Origin: Octopus vulgaris
Taxonomy: Eukaryota
Assembly (NCBI GenBank): GCA_951406725.2
Contig: OX597817.1
Location: 85,250,001-85,314,000, forward strand
Direction of reading: 5' to 3'
Length of the DNA stretch: 64,000 nucleotides
Below the pieces are notes generated by a model. It had not been told where the DNA came from, made no database searches, and saw only the letters and a program-made list of their open reading frames with translations. Position 1 is the stretch's first letter. Each line of letters starts with the position of its first letter. The position numbers were made by a program, and so were the translations under genes. Positions 51,249 through 64,000 of this stretch are shown here, in pieces.

Positions 51249-51800
51249 TCCATCATTTTGAATCTGGGTTGTGTTCCTGTTAACAGGGGTGGCCAGATCT
51301 ACCTCAATGCCATAGCAACTACCCTCACACTATCTTACCATCTTACTCGGTTTTGGGCATCCTCCCTTCTCAAGCCTCCTAATTTCCTCCTCCTCCTCCT
51401 CCTCCACCTGCTCCCACCACATTTTCCTCGTCTACTTTGCTTTTACTGTCCATTTATCTCAAACTCTAGCACCTTCTTCAGAACACGCTCCCCATTCCTC
51501 CCCAACACATGCCCATACCACTACACTCTGCCCTTGACAGCCATTCCACTCATTCCTTCAACCCCAGTATCCCCATCAAGTCCTCAAACCTACTCTTATC
51601 AAACAACCTCATGCCGTACATTTCTCTCACCATTGCTCTCTTAGTCCTCAAAATTGCCATCTCTCTCTCTCAAACACCACGTCTCACTCCCATACAGCAT
51701 TACAACTCTCACACAACTCCTATAGACCTTTCCTTTCATCTTCAATGAGAACTTTTCTCATATAATAATGCTCCACATTCCCTGAACTTCACCCAAGTTC
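51245..51800 (-). mobile_element. Degenerate RTE-type LINE 3' fragment
   Basis: Minus strand encodes a WYGHVL motif; short GAT tail next to (TA)n. Confidence 0.55.
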
Positions 51801-52182
51801 AATTTAAGTTATTTCTGCCAACTCCTTTCATAATGCTATATCTATTAAATAGCGGTTAGCCTCTAATTTCTGACCCCTGTAACATGGACCATACCATTAA
51901 ACCCACCACACAACATACTACCTTCACTATTTCCCTCAGTATAATGGAAACATGATGTAAACAGCAGCCTATGAATATATCTCCTGAGAGTGACTTTACT
52001 TACTTACCACAGGATGGAATACCATGGATTATAATAACACCTTAAAAGAAGTCCTTACTTTTCCTTACCATGTCTATTACTTACATGACAATATTTTTTT
52101 AATTTTTACCTATTTTATCATATTTTACCCTACTCTGTTATTCTAACTGAATTTCCTACATGTTAGTTTCCTAACATTTGTA

Positions 52183-52314
52183 CTCTCTGACGACGCCTTG
52201 AAGCTCAACCATTACCCAATTTCTGTCCAATGTTTGTTCATCCCTGTATATCACTGACGTGATGAGGATGACTTGGAAGATTCTGAGGGCTCATGGTAGA
52301 AATGGCCGTAAGGG
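52183..52314 (+). ncRNA. Degenerate hammerhead motif with long stem II
   Basis: ctct-CTGACGA ... GAAA-tggccg-TA-aggg; the intervening arm pairs (tccaa/ttgga, tcatcc/ggatga). Confidence 0.4.
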
Positions 52315-52422
52315 ATTTGTATCTGTACACTCATCTATTATTATTCATTCATCTCTCTCTATATATATCTGTTTACATATTTATTGGCTGATCTCATTGT
52401 TTTACTTGTACCACTTAAACGC

Positions 52423-52424
<2 letters not shown>

Positions 52425-52468
<44 letters not shown>

Positions 52469-52474
52469 ATTTAT

Positions 52475-52512
<38 letters not shown>

Positions 52513-52553
52513 GTATATATATATATATGTATATATATATATGTATATATATA

Positions 52554-52620
<67 letters not shown>

Positions 52621-52663
52621 GTATATATATATATGTACATATATATATGTATATATATATATG

Positions 52664-52752
<89 letters not shown>

Positions 52753-52855
52753 ATATATATATAGGTATATGTATATATATATATGTATATATATGTGTAT
52801 ATATATATATATATGTATATATATATGTATATATATATATGTATATATATATATC
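52425..52855. repeat. Long (TA)n/(TATG) microsatellite
   Basis: About 430 bp of TA repeats with interspersed G. Confidence 0.95.
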
Positions 52856-53170
52856 ATCATCATCATCATCATCGTTTAACGTCCGTTTTCCGCGCTAGCA
52901 CGGGTTGGACGGTTTCGACCGGGGTCTGGGGAGCCAGGGGCTGCCTCAGGCTCCAGTCTGGTCTGGCAGTGTTTCTACAGCTGGATGCCCTTCCTAACGC
53001 CAACCACTCCGCGAGTGTAGTGGGTGCTTTTTACGTGCCACCTGCACAGGTGCCAGAGGGGTCTGGCATCGGCCACGGTCGGTTGGTGCTTTTTATGTGC
53101 CACCTGCACAGAAGCCAGTCGGGGCGGTGCTGGCATCGGCCACGTTCGGATGGAGCTTTTTATGTGGTGG
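52855..53170 (-). mobile_element. Young RTE 3' end with tandem units
   Basis: Closely similar to 43318-43760; tail abuts (TA)n. Confidence 0.85.
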
Positions 53171-53300
53171 GGGTGCAGAAATATAGGGGAGCACCAGTGG
53201 GGGGGTGCAGAAATATAGGGGAGCACCAGTGGGGGGGGTGCAGAAATATAGGGGAGCACCAGTGGGGGGGTGCAGAAATATAGGGGAGCACCAGTGGGGA
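53168..53300. repeat. 33-34-bp minisatellite, 4 copies
   Basis: gggggtgcagaaatataggggagcaccagtgg repeated with variable G-run length. Confidence 0.9.
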
Positions 53301-53514
53301 GGGGTGGTTCAGAGAAATGATGACAGGTTCTAGGCAAGTAGAACATAGGATATCAAGAGAGGGGTAATGTATGGTGAAATAGCGTATTGAGGAGGGGGGT
53401 TCGAAGAGTAGACACCTATAATGGTGGTGGGAGAAGCGACATCCGGTATATATGGAGCAAAAATATAGAGATATCCGGTATTGGTGGTGGGGGTGGGCAG
53501 GGTGGGTGCACCGC

Positions 53515-54007
53515 GAATACGCGAAGGTTGAATATAGACGAGAGAGCGAGACTTGGTCGGACAGAATTAATAGAGGAGAAATGGAGAGATTGGATAAAAT
53601 AGTTAGCTAGATAAATAACAACAGATAAAAAACATGTATGATTGGTCGAGAAGTGAAAATAAGCATTCAGACTTATCTGTGCTCGGGATTATAGCTGCTA
53701 GGTGAATGAATGAGAGAGCACATGTTGCTGCCTTTTAAGTAAAAAATTGACCGGAAGAGGAATTTTTGGACAAGGCGGAAGTGTATTAAGGGAACAAACT
53801 TCAAGATGGCGAAGATTGATAGACGAGAGAATACGCGAAGGTTGAATATAGACGAGAGAGCGAGACTTGGTCGGGCAGAATTAATAGAGGAGAAATGGAG
53901 AAATTAGATAAAATAGTTAGATAGATAAATAACAACAGATAAAAAACATGTATGATTGGTCGAGAAGTGAAAATAAGCATTCAAACTTATCTGTGCTCGG
54001 AATTATA
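53515..54007. repeat. 179-bp direct duplication
   Basis: 53515-53693 and 53829-54007 differ by only a few substitutions. Confidence 0.9.
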
Positions 54008-54095
54008 TGTATATATATATATATGTGTATATATATATATATGTATATATATATGTATATATATATGTATATATATATATGTATATATATATATG

Positions 54096-54139
<44 letters not shown>

Positions 54140-54146
54140 CATATAC

Positions 54147-54183
<37 letters not shown>

Positions 54184-54186
<3 letters not shown>

Positions 54187-55578
54187 ATATCTATAAATCT
54201 GAAATGCGAAAAGTTTGTTTGTTTGGTTTTGGCATTGGAACAGGTTAAAGGGCACTAGATCCCGTCAGATTGACTTCAAAACTTACGGGGACATGTAAAA
54301 TGAGGTGAGAATGTGAGTGGGCTAGGTTAGAAATCCCTATCTTAAAAGGTGTTGTTACTAGGGCAAAAACGCACACTTTGACAAGTCTCCTCTCTTTCTT
54401 TTATCTGCATGTCTTCCTCCATCTCTCTCTGTTCCTCCCTTCCCATCATTTTCCTCCACTGCCTCCGTCCCACCTCTCTCTCCTTATGTCTGTCTGCATT
54501 CATAGAGAGTTTTATTATCGCCACCACAACCATACAATCATGAGAACAAATATTATGAATCAGATATTTATTTGGTTAATTTATATGTGTGTGTTCTATA
54601 TATGAATATGTATATATACAAAGTGTATATATCTGTATTTATATATATATATATATATAATTTGTGTACATTTGTATATATAATGTGTGCATTATTTGGT
54701 CGGTTGAGCTGTAAATATGCACAACTATGTTAAAAGTGCTGGCGAGTTTGCATGGCAACTATTTTTTCCCTCAAATGAAAGGCATGACCTCTAGGACAAA
54801 ATTCCTCATCTTATAAAATGTGGTCCGAGTAGACCTGAATGAAATTGGGTTATATTAACCAAAATGTGAAAAGGGGTCTAAATGGGGCTGGAAGGGGATT
54901 AAAATTTACAGGCGCTGGTATTTAGGAATTCTCTGTTACATCAAGCTAAAAGATTTGCGCCAGCCTTTAAATCTTCAATGTGTTGCCGTCCATGATGAAG
55001 AAGTTTTGAATGCTTGCATTGGTGAGTCTACTGTCGTGAGAAAGAATCACTTCAAAACTTGGTGTTTAGGAATTTTCTTTTACATCAAGTTCAAAATTTT
55101 ACGCCAGCCGTTAAACTGCCACTACGTTGCTGTTCATCGTTAAGAAATGCCAGCCATGGTGACTCTACTATCCTCAGATTCTATCCCTTCAAACTTTGGT
55201 TTCCAATATTTTTTTATTTTTATTCAGCTCGCAAGTTTGTCTGTCCCTTTTAAATGTTAGCGTTTTGCTGTCTGCCTTGAAGCAGACCTTTCCGTTGTCA
55301 CTACCTGATATTTATGATTGATCTTTCAAAATATTTTATTTCTCAACTTACTCAAGATTTTTGTTGTTTATAAATGGGAGAGAGATAGGTAGAGAAAGAT
55401 AGAGTGTAAGAGAAGGTGAGGGAGAGTCTGAGTGAAAGGAAGTGTAAGAGAGTGGGAAAGTGAGAGAGAAAGGAGAGAGAAACAAAGAGGGAGAATGTGG
55501 TGATAAAAAACAGAAAGAAAGCAACAAAAATAACAACCACACTCTTACCCACACATAGAGCGGGTCACCTTAAGCTAG
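54184..55578 (+). mobile_element. Non-autonomous Helitron
   Basis: A|TC 5' end (tcaatatctataaatctgaaatgcgaaaagtttgtttg), subterminal hairpin accc..gggt (55547-55565), CTAG|T 3' end; both flanks are TA runs. Confidence 0.7.
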
Positions 55579-55703
55579 TATATATATATATATATACATC
55601 TGTAATATAATATGTGACAATTATTTGGTTGCCATAATAAAACTCCAAATTTTGGATGTCGGAGTGGAAATCTGCTCTGGTATCTTGTTGGTCAATTGCC
55701 ATG

Positions 55704-55762
55704 ATAAAACTCTGAGTTTCAGATGTTAAGATGGAAATCTGCTCCAGCATCTCATCAGTTAT
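55704..55762 (-). ncRNA. Penelope-type minimal hammerhead ribozyme motif
   Basis: Minus strand ataa-CTGATGA-gatg...catc-t-GAAA-ctc-a-gag-TT-ttat; lies 3' of the GIY-YIG ORF on the same strand. Confidence 0.65.
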
Positions 55763-56404
55763 TAAGACAATAAAAAAATGCTATGAAAATGACCGTTAAA
55801 CAAAGGGAAATTACTATGTAATTGACCGTTATTAAGACAGAAAATCTATAAGAATGACCATTATATAAGGGGAAAAAAACTAAAGGGGAGAAAGAAAAAA
55901 GTAAAAAAGTAAAAATGCACATAGAAATTGCGTATGTGTGCTTGTACATACATACACATGTGAGCACACACACCCACATACATGTGCCTATATGCATATG
56001 CTCACTTACACTCACGTGAAACACATACATGCACACCCACACATACACTTATATATACACATATGTATGCAACCATACATGTACACATATACATATCTGC
56101 ACATGCACACACATGTGCATGCACACACACATGTGCACATACCCATATGCACACAATTATATTCAAATGCACATGCTATATATGCATATGCTCACTCACA
56201 CTCATGTGAAACACATGCATATACACCCACATATATATGTAACCATACACATGTACATATATACATACTCATGTGCGCACACACACATATATACCCATAC
56301 ATGCACAAATATGTTCATATACATGTCTATATACACGCATGCACAAGAAAAATGCAGGGTGAAAGGTAAAATACAGAAAAAAATATGTAAAAATATATAA
56401 AGCA

Positions 56405-56453
<49 letters not shown>

Positions 56454-56534
56454 TGTAAAAAGTATGTAAAAAATATATATAAAAATATAGAGAGATAAAA
56501 TGCTTGTACATGGACACAAAATAAAAAGCAGGTT

Positions 56535-57250
56535 CTACCTCTGATCTTGTGGGGACCAAAAACGTAACAAATATTTAGCCATGTGTGGACGTGATCCAAA
56601 AAGTTCAGTTCTTGAATTTAGACATGTAGCAAGGTCTAAGCTGCTTTTCCAGTTGAGCCATCTTTCCATATCACAAAGACCACACTTTCCACTACTGTTG
56701 GTGTAAGGCTTACACTTGGCTAAGATCTTCCAATGGATGTTGTAACTGATACCTTTATCTTTTAAGGACCATATATGACTGGATAATTTGGTTGTTTTTC
56801 TTTTATCCTAGTGCCTGAAGCTCAAGGTGTCATTGTTGAACTTGGCCTTAAAATTCCCCTCTGTGAGACCCACATATTTCTTTGACGAAACTGTGTCCTT
56901 AGTGGTTGTAGAGTCTACTGTAGCTTCATAAACGATGGTCTCGGACATGCAAGCTCCATTTAGCGGGTACAAATTTTTGTCCCTGCATGAACAGCTGGTT
57001 TCATTTTGTTGTTTTTGTGTGTTGTGTGCAATTATATTTTAAAAATTAGTAGTTGAGCTGAAACTGATTTTTAAGTTATGTCTATTGAACAGCTTTCTGT
57101 TACTATGATTGACTGTAAAATATCTATCTATAAGTGCTAAGAAATATTTACCTATATTAAAAGTTACTTCAGGGGAATAAGGGGATGTGAACCAGATAGT
57201 TTTCCTATTCCTATGTTTCCTTTTCTTTATTATTGGACTGGTGACGTACC
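56535..57250 (-). mobile_element. Penelope-like element (Naiad-like) C-terminal linker and GIY-YIG endonuclease remnant
   Basis: IWFTSPYS..NIGKYFL, CSCRDK..PLNGAC, IVYEATV, YVGLTEGNFK, LSSHIW, CGLC, LNSRTEL; contains stops. Confidence 0.85.
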
Positions 57251-57559
57251 AGTGAATTGGATGTTCAACACACTCCTTTGAAGGAACTCTTTTCTTCAGT
57301 TTGTTACTTTATATATATATGTATACACACACACACACACACACATGTACATATATATATACACACACACACATGCACGCACGCACACACACACATATAT
57401 GGTTACATCCAAAGAAATACTGGTTCAATACCTAGAATTGTTGGGAAATGAAATTCCTTAAAAGCAAAAGGTATATATTAAGCATATAGTTTATATCCAG
57501 TTAGATGAAGACAAGAAATTGGAGAGTAGGAAATCAAGGATTATTTATATATATATATA

Positions 57560-57923
57560 CTAGCGGAGGCACCTGGCATTGCCCGGAATGAAATTGTACC
57601 TTATATATTGGAAGAAAAAGACAAAATATGTTATATAGAAATTTGTTTTTCTAAATTCAATTTATTCTTGAATTGGGATACAGTTTATTCTTCAATTGGG
57701 AAATCAATTTTGAATTCATAATACAATAATGATAATAATAATAATAATAAATGATAATGATAATAATAATAATAGAATTTATTTATTTATTAATTTTTAA
57801 AATACATATTTATCTGTGAATTTGCTTGTGTAATCTGGGAATGTATACAATGAGCTTCTCTGCCCTAGGTGTACGGAAAACACTCGGTGAGAAACGAAAG
57901 AAAATTTGAAGAAAGAAGGAAAA

Positions 57924-57963
<40 letters not shown>

Positions 57964-59255
57964 GAAAAATTTCATCATATGCAGTGTTGTTCTAGAAGTT
58001 CAGGTTCATAGTCATTCACAAATGCAGCCAAGTCTGTGATGTTATAATTTGTCTCTCTTGCTATGTCTCTTTGAGTTAAATCAATAATTTGATGATTTGG
58101 TTTTGGCAGTCCAGAGCCAGACACTTGTAAATTTTTGCCTCCCATGGCCAAAACTTGATCCTCAATTTCAATCAATGCTTGTTAAAAATTATTTCAGGGA
58201 TCTAAATATTGATGTCTGGGTTTGCCTGTTGAACTGCATACTTTAAGTCCTCAGCCTTGTCCTCATGATGTTTCATCCAAAGCTGTAGGGGACTGCCAAG
58301 TTGATACATGTTCAGTATGATTGCAAAAAGGTTACGGAGCTTCCTTGGAAAATCCAATACTGATGCTTCAGTCAATACAAGGTCGCAATGTTCATCATTT
58401 TCTAAAAAAACCTTGTCGTTAGCATACTTCTCTATAAGTTTCACACATGATCATTTACCCTCTTTGAACTTTGGAATGATTTGGGACCATGTACTTTATG
58501 CAGAAGGAGTCGTAAGTAGTAGCATTTTGCTTTGCTTGGGGAAACATTGCAAACTCTTGCAAGAGTGTCAGCCCCACATTTCCTCTTGTGCCATTTATTG
58601 TTTCTCCAGGTGTAATGCCTGGGTAATTGTGGGTAAAGTAGTTTTCTTGCTTCTTCATCTACTTGACACAACTTAAAAAAGGCAATAAAGGCAGTTTCTT
58701 TTAGAGAAAGGGCTTGTTGCAAGGCTGTTTGTTTTGTAAAGATAACCTTTGGCCATTCTCTAGATGGACACTCAGATGAATGATAGTTGGGTGTCTCTCG
58801 TGAATGGGAAAATTGAAGATGTGCCAAAAAGCCTCATTTGTACTGATGTATCTTCCTCTGTCATACTGTGCATCTTTGTCATTTTTATTTATCTGCTGAC
58901 TGCCATCCTGCATAAGAGTGTATGTTGCAGCATCTAAACCTTTGTTTATATATTTGCAAACATATTTAACAGAGTTGCAGAATTCAACATTCACACTGGC
59001 TACCTGTACTCATCTTTGCTTTGCTGTAGACTACTGATCATCTACATCTACCCCAACTCCTCTTGTTGAGAGTGAGAACATTTTTCTTGGGAACTTATTT
59101 GAAAATTGAAATGGGGATTAAATGAAACAATGAGCTACGTGAATATCTTCACAAGAGTGACTGAAATAAATGGTGATTGTGGAATGCCCCATGCACGTGT
59201 GCATGCATGCACACACACACCACACAAGTAGTATCAAACATCAGATGAAATGGAC

Positions 59256-59293
<38 letters not shown>

Positions 59294-60123
59294 GATATGT
59301 TGTCACATATGTACATGCATAAATAAATATGCATACAACTTTTTGGTATGTATGCATGTGTGTGTGTTTCTGTGTGTGAAAGAGAGAGAAAGAGAGAGAG
59401 AGAGAGAGTGAATGCCATTCTCTCTCTCTCTCTCTCTCTCTGTGTCTCACACACACACAAACACACACACACACATACACACACACAAAAAGGTGTATGC
59501 ATATGTATTTATGTATGTACATATACATGACAACACACTCCTTGACTGACTCTCTCTCATCTCTCTCACACAAACACACACACATACATAAATGTATACA
59601 AACGTACATACAAAAACACACATATATGTGTGTGTGTATGTGAGAGAGAGAGAGAGAGAGAGGGAGAAAGAGAGGGAGAGAGAACATTGAAAACAATGAA
59701 TGAAATAAGCATGAAATGAAAAAATCGTATGAATAAAAGCTCATTAAAAACTATCTTATACCAAATATTTAAATTTGTGAACTTAGTAAATATTTCTTTC
59801 AGTAATTTATCGTAGTTCTTTGCAAATAGCAAATTAAAACTTGAAATGAAAACGTTAAAATAGAGAGATTTTGCAAATAAAGACAGAAAATTTTGCTGTT
59901 GCTACATCAATACCGGAAGTTGATATTGAAAATCCTTTTTAAAGACATGAATCATATATAGAAAGTAATATTATTTATTTTTGATAAAAAAAATAATCTG
60001 AAGACCCTATTATGTATCCAAAGTCAAATTATTCATGCATCCCAAGTATGGAAGCAATTTACGTGGCCGTTTTTGCATGAGAAGCGAATACACACACACA
60101 CAGGTTTATTTTATATAAGAAGA
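57560..60123 (-). mobile_element. Internally deleted Helitron with Rep/helicase remnant
   Basis: NVEFCNSVKYVCKYINKG, RYISTNEAFWHIFNFPIHERHP, YYLRLLLHKVHGPKSF (57975-59000); 5' A|TC at 60123, 3' hairpin ccgggcaatgccagg and CTAG|T at 57560. Confidence 0.9.
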
Positions 60124-60136
60124 TATATCAGTATAT

Positions 60137-60187
<51 letters not shown>

Positions 60188-60218
60188 TATATGTAAATGT
60201 ATATATACATATGTATGC

Positions 60219-60263
<45 letters not shown>

Positions 60264-60388
60264 ATCCAAACATGAAAACACAAAGAGAAAACACAACATG
60301 AGGACATGGAACAAGTATAGTGTTATTGGATGCTCAGGAAAAGAAAGAAAGAAGAGGTGCTTATATTTAAATACATATGTATATACAC

Positions 60389-60454
<66 letters not shown>

Positions 60455-63400
60455 CTTTATAATTTATTGCTCAACTTTGTCTACTTTTCACATTGTTTCT
60501 AACCTTTAACAACATGCGTACAGTTTAAAGTATTTACACATGCGTGATAATGTATATATTTGAGGGAGAGAGAGAGAGAGAGAGATAGAGAGATTTGCTT
60601 GTAAGACATTCTTCAGTTACCGTTTTTTTGTTCCCCTACGTATAAGTTGTTTAACACACCTCAGTGCATTTAGGCAAGACCTCCAGATTTGTTGCCAGTC
60701 TTTATCACTCTCACATGTTAGCTAATGTTGTACTCCGTGTTATAAATTCCCTTGGCCTCTACTACTACTACTATTATTACTATTACCACTACCACCACCA
60801 ATAAAAACAACTTAGGCTAAATGCCTTGTAGTTTTTAGTACCTCAAAGCAAAATTAGAAACTGTGGAGTTGCAGAAACAGAAGGTCCACAGACTAAATAC
60901 ATAGTAGAAGAGCACCAGACTAAATGAACCCATTTATCTCTACATTCTGAGTTCAAATCCTACCTGGTGTTGAAATATCTTTCATCATTTTAATATTGAT
61001 AAAGTACTAGCCATATACTGAGAGCAATTTAATCTATAATATAATTTAATCACCTTCTGTAAATTTATATCCTTGTCCTAATATGAGAAAAAAGTCAATG
61101 TTTTAAAGGTCAGTTATATAGTTGATATGCTACACTGACATTTAGCTTCATGCCTTTAAGTTGTGTTCAAATACTTTATCATTTGTTCATGAAACAAAAT
61201 CCATGGGGTTTGTGTTGTTATTTACTTACAACTGCATGTAACAATTGGATTTATTATTAAGAATCATGCAAACCTTATACATGACAGCAATAAATCATGA
61301 ACAAGGAAAGAACATGAGTAAAAGGTTCTTGTGAGATATGAGCTGTATATGATTCACTGAACATAATAATGTAAAGTCAGTGAGTTGAGAGACAGAAGTT
61401 AAATGTATTTAATGCTGTTGGCAAAGGAGGAAACTGATACCCATGAATGAACATATGCTAAGAATGAAATAGTGGGGGAGGAAAACTAAGAGAAGAAATA
61501 GGACTTAGTGGTTGCTGGTGAATAGAGAGAGTGTGATGGCGTGTGGTAGGCTTATAAAAAAGATGAGATGAGGGTTGTTATTGAAGAGTTAAGATGGAAA
61601 ACTGAATTTTGTAGAGGAAATAAGAAATGACTGTCAACCTTCTTCAAACAAATCTGACTCTTAAATTAACCTCATTAAATGGACAAATTTATATCACAGT
61701 ATGGCACAAGTTTTAAAGTAGGGTTAATGCTGAAGTTGAATTTATGTATCTCTTTTGATACCATCATTATGGTTTTGTTCAAAATATTTGTGCAAAAATA
61801 AATATAATGTTTTAATGCAGATATCACACCTTCTGTTGCATCAAAATGAGGGATCACTCTTGTTTTAACTTTACCTATTAATATATTATTGTTTGTTTTT
61901 AAGTTTAATAGCTAAGGTGATGTGTAAATGATTAGACAACAAACCTATAAAATATTATGTAAATACCTAAATATACATTTCCAAAGTAAATTATTAATTA
62001 TTCAGTAGCTATATGCTGTTTGCATCATTTTCGCTCTTGCTAAACTTACTAAATTTATTAATGTATCATCAGCCATGGAATATAGAACTATCACTTGGTT
62101 TAATAGAAAATGGTGATGCCTATCCTACTAAATTTTTTTTAATGGCTAAATACTTGCATTTGTTTGCTTCTCTTAAGAAGCCCCAGTGGACAACTATTTA
62201 TACAAACTGATAATATGTCCATGTTATCATCATTAAGACCCCCCTCGTTTTGCCAAATTCACACTAGTAAATTAGAAAACCATATTTTCACAAAACCCCA
62301 ACAATAATACCACACACATATTATAAATGTGTAAATAACATACATAGCAGATAATGGAAGAATTTTATGTCAGTATATTTGTGTATGTGGGTGTGTGCAC
62401 ATGTATGTGTGTGTGTCTGAGAGAGTGAGAGAGAGAAAGGGAAAAAGAGAGAAATGGGAGAGAGTGAGAGCAATAAAGAGTGAAAATTTTAACAGGAAAT
62501 ATGCTATTAGGCTGAGAGCTGGACTTATAGAGATGTTAGATATTGCTATCTGAAGCAAAGTATTAGAAATGGTAAACTTTGGTTAAATCTATTTGTTGAA
62601 TAATCCTATTTTCCTAAGATATTCTGTTCTGTTTTCAAAGAAAATACCAACTTATATTCAAAGCTTTATATAAACAGGATTATATAATGATAGTTGACAA
62701 AAAGAAAAAGCAAAATTCACTGATATTTAAATTTACTTTTATAGTAATCTGCTAAAGATATCATTTCTTCAGATATATTTTGAATTACTGAAAAGGCCTC
62801 AGATACTAGAAGGACCTAGTTGCTCTTCTCCATGTTTTCTCTGCTAATCCCCATGATATTCCTTCATAAAGTTAGATACTTATTCATTTAATCAGGCATT
62901 TGATAACAATCTAAATGTTGTTAGTTATCAATATCTTAATAATTAACTAATTAATCATAGTCTTAACTGAAAATTAATATTGCTAATCTATGTCAAGCAA
63001 CACTTAAAATATGGTCTGTGCTCAGTGTAGTCTTCTGCTGCTGACAGTGATGACAGTGTTGTCATCATCATCATCTTCATTGTTGTCATCCTAGTGGTAG
63101 TATTAAAGCAATGTCCTCACTTGATTCTTCTCTTAAACATCATAAGCAACATGGATTTGGCCTTTCAGTCCTGCTTGGGACCTACACACTTTTGAACAGA
63201 TAAAGCAATGATGGGTACCTTTTGCAGCAGGTGTTCACAGAGCTTACCACCCATGCTTAACTACAACATACAGAACATAATAAAAATGTTAAAAATCAAA
63301 TGATATCTGGGTGTTAAGCTTTTTAAAGTCAGGAAAGGCCTTGTGCAGGGCCTATCCCATTCTCTGAACAACATATGCATTTAAAAAAAAAAAAGAAAAA

Positions 63401-63673
63401 AAAAGCGATGAAGTAGCTGACATCATCAGAGGTAAACAAAGTCATATGTGTTACATAAGAGTTTTCTTTCCAGAGAGATGTCTAAACAAAGACTAGGGGC
63501 CTCTCACTCCCAGCTGTTGGATGGTCATTGACTCTACTGAGTTATTTTGTCTTTTGACAAGTTTTATTTTTTGTCCCGCAAAATGTCCACCATAAAAAAA
63601 TAAAAAAAAAACACTCGTGGCTGGTTTTGCTGGTTTAATTGCCAGTGGCTTGATCATGTGATAACAAGAACAC

Positions 63674-63713
<40 letters not shown>

Positions 63714-64000
63714 ATATTATCTAAGAAGTTTATATCTATTTAATTAATTTTAAATGAATTCCATGAAACTTCTCAAGTAACTTTTCAAGGTGTAGATTAG
63801 ATCTTTTACAATTTGATGTAGACACACCAGTTATTCATGTTTATTACAAGTAAATATGAGGTGGTGCTGGAGAATGATATGCTGGAATGAGAAATGGAAA
63901 TTGGCTATGAATGTCATTTATTTTGGAGTTCAAAGTGAAGAAGAATTTAATAAAAGTTTTAGTTTTGAGTTATGGTGGTGGTGGTGGAGTCAGTAAATAA

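Noticed and set aside
52259-52898. Long YI/IY-rich ORFs (also 51046-51261, 53948-54258, 55938-56599, 59149-59832)
   Set aside because: Translations of TA/CA/GA microsatellites that lack stop codons by composition
60260-60360. Short repeat-like segment between TA arrays, possibly an element terminus
   Set aside because: No diagnostic motif or ribozyme core within the window copy

Overview
AT-rich, microsatellite-dense eukaryotic genomic DNA. The SINE, LINE and microsatellite content suggests an octopus or other cephalopod, which is an inference from repeat style. The window is almost entirely intronic or intergenic. One well-supported host coding exon (49412-49542, +) encodes the N-terminal ankyrin segment of a RAI14/UACA/ANKRD24-like protein. 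The rest is decayed and nested mobile DNA: RTE and R4/Dong LINEs, several tRNA-derived SINE families, a Gypsy remnant with PPT and 3' LTR, mariner and other TIR transposons, two convergent Helitrons, and a Penelope-like GIY-YIG remnant. The most notable signals are a tRNA-headed SINE carrying a hammerhead-ribozyme motif plus other Penelope-type hammerheads, variable-number arrays of hairpin+pseudoknot units in RTE 3' UTRs, a perfect 121-bp fold-back at an RTE 5' junction, a PHD-like finger inside the RTE RT, and a 2-kb TIR element with a 7-bp TSD. Most ORFs in the supplied track are microsatellite or antisense artefacts. All family assignments are by eye and were not searched against databases.
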